The position numbers and the translations under genes were made by a program. Below the pieces are notes generated by a model, which searched no databases, was not told the origin of the DNA, and saw nothing but the letters and a program-made list of their open reading frames with translations. Source: an uncultured bacterium (GTDB taxonomy: Bacteria; JAJVIF01; JAPKYR01). Taken from it: DNA of 30,568 bases. Position 1 is the stretch's first letter. Each line of letters opens with the position of its first letter. Positions 17,194-25,583 of the stretch are shown here, piece after piece. The stretch covers positions 1 through 30,568 of the forward strand of contig CBDURU010000032.1 in the NCBI GenBank assembly GCA_965369865.1, read 5' to 3'.

Positions 17194-19389
17194 CTAATCA
17201 AAAATAATCGTCGCAAGGATTGGTGTTTTGTCTGCTTCAAGAGCCTCAAGGGTTGTGAAAATATCCGTGAGCGTATCCCGGTTCCTGTGTAGAATCAGTA
17301 CAACACCGTCCGACATTCCGGTCCAACCCCTTAATGCGGGATCGCAGGCGAAATTTGAAACAAAGTAGAGCGCCAGGTCCGAGTTATCCCTGTTTTCTTT
17401 TATAAAATCAACCACGTCGGAATTGGTCACGTGTGCGCTTGAAGGTGATTCCCCGGCAGGGAGGATATCGATTTTTCCGCCTTTTACAGAATGGAGATTG
17501 ATTTCTTTCTTCTGGCTGAGTTCGGAAATTCCAGGTGAAGTTGGAGTTTTATAAAATCCGCTTTCGCCGTCCGGCGCCGAAGTATCCACGAGGAGAATCG
17601 AGTTGATACCGGTTGAGAGTACCGAGATCACCCGTTCAAGCTGTTCGCGTACCGTGCCGGATTCCGGTCCCGGGCGTAGCAAGGAGAATGAAGGGGTTCG
17701 TTTCAAAGACTCGCATTTAATGACCGCGAGCGCGAGTGTGCTTGCGGCAGTCGCGATTTCCTCCCGCGTACCTTTGGGTAACGAACATACCGGACTCCCG
17801 TCCATGTATCCGGCGATCTGTTCCGGACGTCGGAGCCTTGGGTCGAATACCTCAATAAGGAAAATGAGGAACACTCCAAAGACCAGCCCAAGTCCGAAAC
17901 CCATAATCAGGTTTCGTTTAACGCTCGGAGCGATCGGTTCCACCGGAGGGACCGCGTAGTCAATAATCCGGTTTCCTATCTCCAGAGTGGTTTCGACAAG
18001 CCGTGCTTCCTCGAGGCGCCTGAAAAGCAACCGGTTAGCTTCCTCGGCGACCTCCACGTTGCGCATCAGGCTGAGAACATCGCGCTCGACATCAGGGATG
18101 CTGTACAACCGCTCGTCAAGCGTCCGGATAACCTCATCGATATCGTTACGCTGCCTGATGTAGCCGCTGACAGTTGCGGACAGTGTATCGAGAATGTTCT
18201 GACGCACGGACTGGAGGCTTTCCATTTTCGCGATGACCGATGGATGGAGTTCGGTGTAATCAAGCAACAGATTCTGGATGTCAACCGTCAAGCGGGCATG
18301 ATCGGCGGCAAGCTGCTGAATGAGCGGATCGCTGGTAAGCGCGGGAGGTATCAGGAAATTCTCCCCGTGCAACTCTGAGGCAAGGTTGGAATGGATCGAC
18401 TGGAGGAGTGATAATTTCAGGTTGATATCGACCTTTTCAGCTTCCCGGGCGGATACTTCGTTTACCGCAAGCCTGGCCTCTTCGGGAAGGATAATAACCC
18501 CGAATTGATTTTTGTAATCCGCCAGCGCATTTTCAGTGTTGTTAAGCTGGATGGTCGTTTCAGCGAGACGTGCTTCCAGTTCCCTTGTCTGCATTGAGCC
18601 GGTCGAAGTTTTCCAATCCGTATTACGTCTTTCGTACTCAGCAATAAGGGAATTTACGACATCACTGGTAAGCGTGGCGTTACCGGAACGCCAGGAAATC
18701 TGGATCAGGTTTGTGCGATTTGCGCCGCCAAGCGGAATTACTCTAAGGTCCTCCCGGAATGATTTCAGGATTCCCCATGCCTTATGGGGGGTGAGCCTGA
18801 ATTTAGCCCCACGGGAGCCGGTCATTGCCGTGACCCTGAGAGTAAGGTCGTCTGATGTGAATAAATCTCCCTGGCGACCGGTTCCGAGGTCCGAGCCATC
18901 CGGTCCGGTGATCCTGTAATTCCCTGAATCGTCTGTATATGTCAGAATGAAATCCCGGTCGATACTTCGGGTTGTGAACTCGACATCATCCAAACGCAAA
19001 GTACGGACGCTGCGAGTGAGTTTATCGGTGAAGATATAGTGAATAGCCCGGATTATCGGGTTGGGCCATGTTACATCATCGATCTCCAGCCTGAGATCGA
19101 GTTCATCGATAACGACTTCTGAAATGGAACGCGACCGAATTATTTCGATCTCGGTGTTGACCTGCTGGTTGCTTCCGGCCAGGTTGAAGTACTCACCAAC
19201 AAATCCGAATCCGCCAACCTCAGACGAAATTTGTAATATTCCCCTGGCTTCGTAAGTTGGGGGGCTTGCGAGTGCGGCAATGGCCATAAGGACGGCCAGA
19301 ATAATCGCGCACGCAGCGATCACCGGGAAACGGTGTTTCAGGAGGCGGAAGAAGTCCGTCATAGTAAATTCGCGTTCTCTCTCAGCCAC
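17194..19389 (-). CDS. Wzc/GumC-like polysaccharide co-polymerase with a degenerate kinase domain
   Basis: N-terminal TM, TEIEIIRSRSI, coiled coil, YTELHP, IIDYAVPP..PIAP, a second TM and a C-terminal P-loop-like remnant. Alternative start ATG 19362. Confidence 0.88.
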   Translation of the reverse strand: MAEREREFTMTDFFRLLKHRFPVIAACAIILAVLMAIAALASPPTYEARGILQISSEVGGFGFVGEYFNLAGSNQQVNTEIEIIRSRSISEVVIDELDLRLEIDDVTWPNPIIRAIHYIFTDKLTRSVRTLRLDDVEFTTRSIDRDFILTYTDDSGNYRITGPDGSDLGTGRQGDLFTSDDLTLRVTAMTGSRGAKFRLTPHKAWGILKSFREDLRVIPLGGANRTNLIQISWRSGNATLTSDVVNSLIAEYERRNTDWKTSTGSMQTRELEARLAETTIQLNNTENALADYKNQFGVIILPEEARLAVNEVSAREAEKVDINLKLSLLQSIHSNLASELHGENFLIPPALTSDPLIQQLAADHARLTVDIQNLLLDYTELHPSVIAKMESLQSVRQNILDTLSATVSGYIRQRNDIDEVIRTLDERLYSIPDVERDVLSLMRNVEVAEEANRLLFRRLEEARLVETTLEIGNRIIDYAVPPVEPIAPSVKRNLIMGFGLGLVFGVFLIFLIEVFDPRLRRPEQIAGYMDGSPVCSLPKGTREEIATAASTLALAVIKCESLKRTPSFSLLRPGPESGTVREQLERVISVLSTGINSILLVDTSAPDGESGFYKTPTSPGISELSQKKEINLHSVKGGKIDILPAGESPSSAHVTNSDVVDFIKENRDNSDLALYFVSNFACDPALRGWTGMSDGVVLILHRNRDTLTDIFTTLEALEADKTPILATIIFD

Positions 19390-19394
19390 AATAA

Positions 19395-19540
19395 AAATCC
19401 CGAAAGGATAAAGTCGATCCTTTCAGTTGAAGGATTTATAAATATTACCCCGGGCATTTAAGTCGGGAATTTACCGCCCGGCTTAAGGTAGGGAATGATG
19501 TTACCCCACCTTGTGACATGCGGTCAATAATCCCGGGGTC
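19395..19540 (-). promoter_or_regulatory. Structured 5' leader of the polysaccharide operon with an ops/JUMPstart-like motif and a terminator-like hairpin
   Basis: Closing stem 19447-19454/19532-19539 around three hairpins. Minus-strand AAGCCGGGCGGTA at 19484-19472. Hairpin gaaaggat/atcctttc followed by a U-rich tract just before the GTG. Confidence 0.5.
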
Positions 19541-19694
19541 ATAATAATACCCCCCCTGTGTTTTTTCGACAGTAATGAGGTAAATTTGATAGTTTTAAAT
19601 AAGATAAGGCAGTCAATCCGGAAGAATATCCCGGATCGGGGCTGTGTGGACCGAATGTGATATGCAAGACAGCCGATGCGACGGTAATTTATAG

Positions 19695-19723
19695 TTGATT
19701 TTCAGGACACACCCCGGTAAACT
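19695..19723 (+). promoter_or_regulatory. Probable nuo promoter
   Basis: TTGATT, 17 nt, TAAACT, about 50 nt upstream of nuoA. Confidence 0.55.
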
Positions 19724-19774
19724 ACGGTCAACTCGCGTAAGTAAGCTCTCGAAAACCGGGAGCGGAGTTGTGAT

Positions 19775-20197
19775 ATGCCGGCATATCTGGATTATTCATG
19801 GGTTTTATTTTTTGGACTCGGCGCAATAGTTTTTGCGTGTGTCGGGCTTGGCGCAGCCTGGCTGGTCAGGCCCAAGCAACCGGTCGAGCGAAAGTACCTG
19901 ACGTATGAATGCGCTGAAGCACCAATTGGTCCGGCATGGATAAAATTTAATCTTCGTTATTACTATTTCGCCCTGCTGTTCCTGCTGTTCGATGTGGAGA
20001 TCGCATTTTTCTATCCGTGGGCAACTGCATTTATTTCGATGAAATCGAAATACAGCTATATGCCCGGCGAATTGTATGGTGCTATCGAAGCGCACAATTT
20101 CGGATTCGCGATTTTCGGCGAAATGCTATTTTTTATTTTCCTTCTAGCCATCGCATGGACATACGCGTGGCGAAAAGGATTTCTCAAGTGGGATTAG
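19775..20197 (+). CDS. nuoA: NADH-quinone oxidoreductase subunit A
   Basis: TYECAE, YYYFALLFLLFDVE, YPWA and YAWRKGFLKWD. Confidence 0.95.
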   Translation: MPAYLDYSWVLFFGLGAIVFACVGLGAAWLVRPKQPVERKYLTYECAEAPIGPAWIKFNLRYYYFALLFLLFDVEIAFFYPWATAFISMKSKYSYMPGELYGAIEAHNFGFAIFGEMLFFIFLLAIAWTYAWRKGFLKWD

Positions 20198-20222
20198 CCG
20201 GGACGTTCCCGGAGGATGATGG

Positions 20223-20468
20223 GTGGCTGTAACCGATACTTCGAGTGAGCTGTTCAGGGAAGTTAAAAATTTATTATTATCAAACAATATTCTGCCGGTT
20301 GAAGGCTATGAATTTCCGCAGGAAAAAGTGGCTGGATTCTGGAAGGATGTGTTCGAGGCCCGGGGGATAGTAATATTCGGGTCCGGGGAAATTCCGGACG
20401 GGGTCAATTACAAACAGGCCGAATTTCAGCTTCCGGACGATCCCCCACCGTGGCTGAACGAAAGATAG
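20223..20468 (+). CDS. Hypothetical protein (81 aa) between nuoA and nuoB
   Basis: GGAGG SD 7 nt before the GTG. Fills the gap between nuoA and nuoB. Confidence 0.65.
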   Translation: MAVTDTSSELFREVKNLLLSNNILPVEGYEFPQEKVAGFWKDVFEARGIVIFGSGEIPDGVNYKQAEFQLPDDPPPWLNER

Positions 20469-20483
20469 CAGTAGAGAAAAATC

Positions 20484-20975
20484 ATGGGATTACTGGACGG
20501 AGAATATAATCCTGGGGTGGGATTAACCACCTGCGATGCGATAGTCAACTGGGCGAAAAGGTCGAGCCTCTGGCCCCTGACTTTCGGGATCGCCTGTTGC
20601 GCGATCGAGATGATACTGACCGGCACCGCACGGTTCGATATTTCCCGTTTCGGTTGCGAGGCTTTCAGGGGGTCACCGCGCCAGGCTGATCTTATGATCG
20701 TCTGTGGAACTATCAACCATAAAATGACCAGTAGAATCAGGCTTCTGTACGACCAGATGCCGTCGCATAAGAAAGTCCTCGCGATGGGATCGTGCGCGAT
20801 CTCCGGAGGTCCGTACCATAATACTTATAATGTAGTTAACGGTGTGGACCTGATAATACCGGTGGATGTTTATATTCCCGGTTGTCCTCCAAGGCCGGAA
20901 GCCCTTCTCGACGGGATAATGAAACTGCAGACACTAATCGATAAGGAAACACTTGCTGTAACGCATGCTGGATAG
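20484..20975 (+). CDS. nuoB: NADH-quinone oxidoreductase subunit B
   Basis: [29 protein letters not shown] and [12 protein letters not shown]. Confidence 0.97.
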   Translation: MGLLDGEYNPGVGLTTCDAIVNWAKRSSLWPLTFGIACCAIEMILTGTARFDISRFGCEAFRGSPRQADLMIVCGTINHKMTSRIRLLYDQMPSHKKVLAMGSCAISGGPYHNTYNVVNGVDLIIPVDVYIPGCPPRPEALLDGIMKLQTLIDKETLAVTHAG

Positions 20976-20978
20976 ATC

Positions 20979-21644
20979 ATGGGTAAGAAAGCGAAACCAC
21001 CGGTTCCTCCAAAAGAACCTTCCGAACCTGAAGGCGGGAAATCATGGAGCCAGCCTGTTGAAGGCCTTATAAGGCTGGTTAAGGAGAAATTCCCAGGTGT
21101 GAAAAGCCTTGATGGCCGTATGGTCAATGAACCGGCGCTACTAGCAAGTCCATCGGAGGTTGCAAAGGTCGCCGAATACCTGAAGAACAATGATACATTA
21201 CCCATGAATTTCTGCACAGCAGTTACGGGGATCGACAAGGTCGATCGGTATGAGGTTGTCTATAATCTTCATCATCTCGGGTCCGATTTCAAAGATCCGG
21301 GTCTTGAGTTTGAGAGAATCGCGTTATGTGTTGTGATCGAAGACCGCGAGAACCCGTCCACTCAATCACTGATTCAGCAGTGGCGGTCGGTGGATTTCCA
21401 GGAAAGGGAAGTGTTCGATCTACTTGGAATTAAATTTGAAGGGCATCCCGACCTAAGGAGGGTTCTCCTTGATGACGATTTCAAGGGACATCCGCTCCGC
21501 AAGGACTACCCGTTAATAGGCAAGTGGGAGGACATGGTGGCGATGGATGCCGTACTGGATGAACACCAGATACGCACGATGAAGGAAGCCGCAGGGGAGC
21601 CGTTCGATCCTCTCAAGGATGTACCGCCGAATTATAAACGTTAA
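20979..21644 (+). CDS. nuoC: NADH-quinone oxidoreductase subunit C
   Basis: [23 protein letters not shown]...GHPLRKDYP. Confidence 0.95.
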   Translation: MGKKAKPPVPPKEPSEPEGGKSWSQPVEGLIRLVKEKFPGVKSLDGRMVNEPALLASPSEVAKVAEYLKNNDTLPMNFCTAVTGIDKVDRYEVVYNLHHLGSDFKDPGLEFERIALCVVIEDRENPSTQSLIQQWRSVDFQEREVFDLLGIKFEGHPDLRRVLLDDDFKGHPLRKDYPLIGKWEDMVAMDAVLDEHQIRTMKEAAGEPFDPLKDVPPNYKR

Positions 21645-21670
21645 AAGTTATCGGATACATGAACTGGATG

Positions 21671-21695
21671 GCCGGAATTTCGCCGGCTTTTCTTG
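21671..21695 (+). terminator. Probable intrinsic terminator after nuoC
   Basis: gccgg-aatttcg-ccggc followed by ttttcttg. Confidence 0.6.
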
Positions 21696-21853
21696 TGTAC
21701 CAGGGCTGGCTTTTTTATCTGAATTTTCTATTTTTAACTTCTATCGGGATGATTTATTTTTTGAAATCACATAAAATATGGTTTTGGGATGGGTGGACCC
21801 TCGCGTGAACTCTTCCGTGTCCACCTTAGTCAATATACCTGGAGGACAATAAA

Positions 21854-22321
21854 ATGAGAGCAACCATTATTGTGCTGGCGGTAATTTGCTTATTTCTGGT
21901 CGGTAGTCCGGCATGGGCTTTCGATCTGGATTTTAATATTGAAACCGCTGGTAATATCTCAATTGGCCTGGGTGCAGGATTCGGGGATGAGGATGTTGGA
22001 CCCGGGGTACTAAGCGGGAAGTATGTAGATAATTATCTCGAGATAGGTATCGAAGGATTATATGACGGTGACGAGGAAGATCAAATTGACGGGCTGGCTT
22101 TCCTGTGGCTGATTTACAGGTACGATCTCTACGAGGAAGAACGCAACACACCGTACATGGGCATTGGGGTCGCGAACGGATTTGCGATGAATTCGTTCCA
22201 GGACGATTTCGGGATTATGGCGGCGATGGGATGGGACACAAACACATGGGGGCTGGAGCTGAAGTGGGGGTATTTTGACCCGTCGCTATATACGTTTGTA
22301 GCTTATTACCATTTCGATTAG
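21854..22321 (+). CDS. Secreted small outer-membrane beta-barrel-like protein (paralogue 1)
   Basis: GGAGG SD, signal peptide ending PAWA, Gly/aromatic amphipathic strands and C-terminal YYHFD. Confidence 0.7.
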   Translation: MRATIIVLAVICLFLVGSPAWAFDLDFNIETAGNISIGLGAGFGDEDVGPGVLSGKYVDNYLEIGIEGLYDGDEEDQIDGLAFLWLIYRYDLYEEERNTPYMGIGVANGFAMNSFQDDFGIMAAMGWDTNTWGLELKWGYFDPSLYTFVAYYHFD

Positions 22322-22330
22322 CGTTGATAG

Positions 22331-22361
22331 ATGCCGGGGAACCATCCCGGTGTTAATTTTT
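22331..22361 (+). terminator. Terminator-like hairpin
   Basis: atgccggg...cccggtgt followed by taattttt. Confidence 0.45.
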
Positions 22362-22380
22362 ATGGATGGAGGATTCCTGG

Positions 22381-22869
22381 ATGCGTAGTTATGTATGGGT
22401 ACTGACAGGTATTTGTATTCTCGGATTTCTGATAATACCATCCCCGGCCCTTGCCGAAAATTCAGGATTTGAAGGGCTGGCGCTTGGAGTGGGCGCTAAC
22501 AGGGCTGCTGAGAACATGGCCAATGAGAATACCGCATTCGGAATCAAGTGGCGTGAAAGGCATTTTGAGTACGGGCTTGATTTTATACAGGCCGGGGCGG
22601 TGGGCTACGGGTACGGCAATTCAAATTGCGCATTTTTATGGGCGAGCTGGCTTGAGGAGTTCGACAGGCCGGGATGGCAGGACTATGGAATTTACGTTGG
22701 GGCCGGTGCCGGGACTATTCTCGGCGAGGATAATTTTGTGGACTGGCAGGCAGGGCCGTTTATTATTTTAGGGTGGGATTTCACATCGCAGGCGGGGTTG
22801 GAGGGAAAGCTGGGGTATTTTGGCGAGAATATTTTCGGAACCGCGATGTTTTACTGGTATTTCCAATAA
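22381..22869 (+). CDS. Secreted small outer-membrane beta-barrel-like protein (paralogue 2)
   Basis: GGAGG SD before ATG 22381, signal peptide ending PALA, LGVGAN...DYGIYVGAGAG...GWD...GLEGK and C-terminal YWYFQ. Confidence 0.72.
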   Translation: MRSYVWVLTGICILGFLIIPSPALAENSGFEGLALGVGANRAAENMANENTAFGIKWRERHFEYGLDFIQAGAVGYGYGNSNCAFLWASWLEEFDRPGWQDYGIYVGAGAGTILGEDNFVDWQAGPFIILGWDFTSQAGLEGKLGYFGENIFGTAMFYWYFQ

Positions 22870-22893
22870 TATATACTGAGCAACGGGTTTAGT

Positions 22894-23268
22894 ATGCCGG
22901 CAGAAACCAGGGGTATTAAAATGCGGGAAGTTAAACGTTCAGAAAAAAAGACAAAAGATAAATCTGATGGGAGAATTGTTCCACAACAGGAACAGTTTGA
23001 GTTATTAATATCAGAAAAATACGAATTAACAAAGCCTGTACCTGTACATGTTTACAGGTATGATGATGGGACAGTGCTGATTCGATCCATGGAGCTCGAT
23101 CTGTTTGCGCAGGGGGACAGAGAATATGATGCAAGGCTGTCATTTTCCGAGGTTCTGATAAGTGAACTGGAAGACCTTGAGAAGGATTTAAAGAATGGCC
23201 AGAAAATCGGAAAGGCCCTTCAACTGGAACTCAGTATGCTCAGGAGGTTACTCAGAAAAGCGGAATGA
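22894..23268 (+). CDS. HicB-like antitoxin (copy 1)
   Basis: VLIRSMELDLFAQGDREYDARLSFSEVL resembles the HicB partial RNase-H fold. Clear paralogue of 24596-25105. Alternative start 22921. Confidence 0.65.
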   Translation: MPAETRGIKMREVKRSEKKTKDKSDGRIVPQQEQFELLISEKYELTKPVPVHVYRYDDGTVLIRSMELDLFAQGDREYDARLSFSEVLISELEDLEKDLKNGQKIGKALQLELSMLRRLLRKAE

Positions 23269-23373
23269 ACAGGGATATAAAGAGAAGGGAAATAATCAAG
23301 GCATTGGAAAAAATCGGTTATCAATGATTACAAGAAAGTTGTACATAAATTCATAAAGGACGGTAAATTGTAG
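23265..23373 (+). pseudogene. Internally deleted HicA-like toxin remnant
   Basis: ATGA-coupled to HicB copy 1. Reads MNRDIKRREIIKALEKIGYQ* (HicA helix 1), then in another frame DYKKVVHKFIKDGKL* (C-terminal-like). Confidence 0.65.
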
Positions 23374-23862
23374 ATGCGGCAGGTCATATTGTATTTAACC
23401 GGACTTGGGTTGCTAGCCAGCCTGGTTTTCCCAAATGCAGCCATGGCGGATGCGATTTATTATCACAACGGTTATGCTCTTGGTGTCGGCGCGAACATTG
23501 CGTCTGAAAACGATGCGCGCGAGGAATTCGCGATCAGTTTCAAGTACAGGTCATATCACTGGCAGTACGGGATCGACCATTGTACGAGTGCGGGAGCAGG
23601 GGATATCGGGACCACCGAGTACCAGTTCCTCTGGGTTTCATACATAGAAGAATTTAAACGTCCGGCAGATTCGGATTACGGCATTTATGCGGGTCTTGGC
23701 GGGGGGGGATTCCTTGGACTTGAGGATGATTTCCTTGAGAATCCATTTGGGCCGTTTTTACTGGTTGGATGGGATATGTCCGACTGGATAGGGCTTGAGG
23801 GAAAAGTCGGAACGTTTGGTAGAAATTACTGGGCGAGTGCGTTAATATATTGGTATCTCTAA
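23374..23862 (+). CDS. Secreted small outer-membrane beta-barrel-like protein (paralogue 3)
   Basis: Signal peptide ending AAMA. ALGVGAN, DYGIYAGLGGG, GPF..GWD..GLEGK and YWYL are shared with paralogue 2. Confidence 0.75.
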   Translation: MRQVILYLTGLGLLASLVFPNAAMADAIYYHNGYALGVGANIASENDAREEFAISFKYRSYHWQYGIDHCTSAGAGDIGTTEYQFLWVSYIEEFKRPADSDYGIYAGLGGGGFLGLEDDFLENPFGPFLLVGWDMSDWIGLEGKVGTFGRNYWASALIYWYL

Positions 23863-23897
23863 CGATATTATGAAGGGTTAAAGATTAGGGAGCGGAG

Positions 23898-24599
23898 ATG
23901 CGACTGCCAGATCTCACAACAACCGAATACGTTTCTGTGTTTGCAGGTTCTACTGTGAACAATGAGCTTAGTCAATTTAAGCAGGCTTTCTTAAACCTTG
24001 GGGCCATTGAAGGACCTTGTAACGGGGAAGATGAAGGTGACTCTCAGTTATTAATATCGTGTACTTATCAAAAAAATAATATTGACCATCGGGCTTTTAT
24101 GGCCTTAAAAAAAAATCCAGAGGATATGTACGGTTTTGGAATTGAAATTGAAGCAGGATATTTTAAACATTTGGACAAGTTCCCTAAATATCAAGGAGTT
24201 AAAGCTGCAAATGGAGATCCTCTTAGGATTGTTTCAGAAAGTGATTTTGTAGAATTATTAGGTAGAATGTGGATTGATGCAAAACTTAATAGTGCCGAGT
24301 GTTATTTTGAGCTAATTAGGATTTTTAATAATGTTGAAAATATTCAAAAGTATATGCCAATGGAATCAACTTTCAATGGGAGCAGACTAGATATTATATA
24401 CTGTACTTATGGCATTGACGATCAGTCAGCAGTTCTTACGGTCGCAATACTACCAAACCTTGCTGAGAGCGAATCCAAGGTTAAGTCTGGCGATGAAACC
24501 AAATACATACTTTCTTATGCTATATTTCAACCTAAATCAACTTTCAGCTATGTACTCCCATGTCCACCCAAATTATCTGATTTAAGGAATATATCATGA
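23898..24599 (+). CDS. Hypothetical protein (233 aa), coupled to the downstream HicB-like gene
   Basis: AT-rich ORF with a GGAG SD and an ATGA overlap at 24596-24599. Confidence 0.75.
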   Translation: MRLPDLTTTEYVSVFAGSTVNNELSQFKQAFLNLGAIEGPCNGEDEGDSQLLISCTYQKNNIDHRAFMALKKNPEDMYGFGIEIEAGYFKHLDKFPKYQGVKAANGDPLRIVSESDFVELLGRMWIDAKLNSAECYFELIRIFNNVENIQKYMPMESTFNGSRLDIIYCTYGIDDQSAVLTVAILPNLAESESKVKSGDETKYILSYAIFQPKSTFSYVLPCPPKLSDLRNIS

Positions 24600-25105
24600 G
24601 TCAAGACTTGAAATCTGGAAATGGATCAAAAACGTTTTCATGGTCTAGCGGGAGCAGTGGATATCCAAACTTTCCACAAGAGATTAGACTCATTGCAGGT
24701 GAAACACCTTGGGAAACCGGACAACACGTGACAACACAACATGTTAACCAATACATCTTAACGGAACTTCTCAAGCATGTTCCTTATACTGAGCCTGATA
24801 GCGAACCACCACCTGTATGTGAGAAATTTGAATTATTAATCTCATCCTGTTATGAGCTTACCAGACCGATACCGATACATATATTTCGGTATGAGGATGG
24901 TTCTGTTCTAATAAACTCGATGGAGCTAAATCTTTATGCTGAAGGGCATTCTGAGTATGAAGCGAGGAAGGAGTTTTCAGAAGTTCTAATTTACCAGTTG
25001 GAAGATTTACATGGTTTCTTGGAACAAGGGGAAAAACTGGGTGTTGATTTACAGACACAATTAAGGCTACTTGAAAGGTTCATTAAGGAAATATCGAGTG
25101 ATTAA
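24596..25105 (+). CDS. HicB-like antitoxin (copy 2) with an N-terminal extension
   Basis: FELLISSCYELTRPIPIHIFRYEDGSVLINSMELNLYAEG aligns without gaps to copy 1. Confidence 0.68.
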   Translation: MSQDLKSGNGSKTFSWSSGSSGYPNFPQEIRLIAGETPWETGQHVTTQHVNQYILTELLKHVPYTEPDSEPPPVCEKFELLISSCYELTRPIPIHIFRYEDGSVLINSMELNLYAEGHSEYEARKEFSEVLIYQLEDLHGFLEQGEKLGVDLQTQLRLLERFIKEISSD

Positions 25106-25406
25106 AACTGCTAAGCAAAGGGAGGTATTAAGGTGTCTAAATAAACTGGGTTTCGAAAGGAATCCTGGTCGTAGCAGGGAGTTGAAATTCACATATAAGC
25201 ATACAAACGGTGTAATCATAACCACAGTATTAGTACCCAAAAGCCAATCAGACATCAAGAAAGGGACGCTTAATAAAATTAGAAGTCAAACTAGGCTAGA
25301 TCCTGAAGATTTTTCACAAGCTATAAAATGTCCTTTTAAAAGAAAAAATTACGAGGACTATATTGAACAAGCTAAACTAGCAAAAGAATCTCCAAGTAAA
25401 AATTAG
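25098..25406 (+). CDS. HicA-like toxin
   Basis: GTG 25098 with an AAGGA SD, overlapping the HicB stop. REVLRCLNKLGF...VPK...DIKKGTLNKIRSQ...CP pattern. Highly basic. Confidence 0.7.
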   Translation: MIKTAKQREVLRCLNKLGFERNPGRSRELKFTYKHTNGVIITTVLVPKSQSDIKKGTLNKIRSQTRLDPEDFSQAIKCPFKRKNYEDYIEQAKLAKESPSKN

Positions 25407-25465
25407 ATGACTCTTTACCCACTTTGCGCTATTATGCCACTTTACCCGATACGGGTGATCTGAAT

Positions 25466-25561
25466 ATGTGGACCTCGAATAATCTCCTGGTCCGGGTGCT
25501 TGTCGTGCTCGGGATGATATCTCTCTTTGTAATTCAGATAGCTCGTAAAAGGTCCAAGTAA
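25466..25561 (+). CDS. Possible 31-aa single-TM peptide
   Basis: GGGTGAT SD. MWTSNNLLVRVLVVLGMISLFVIQIARKRSK. Below the ORF-track cutoff. Confidence 0.4.
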   Translation: MWTSNNLLVRVLVVLGMISLFVIQIARKRSK

Positions 25562-25583
25562 AATATTTATCAGGGCTAACGTT

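Noticed and set aside
19511..19527. CRP/Rex-like site TTGTGAcatgcgGTCAA
   Set aside because: The second half-site is poor, and the sequence is also explained as a hairpin of the leader structure.
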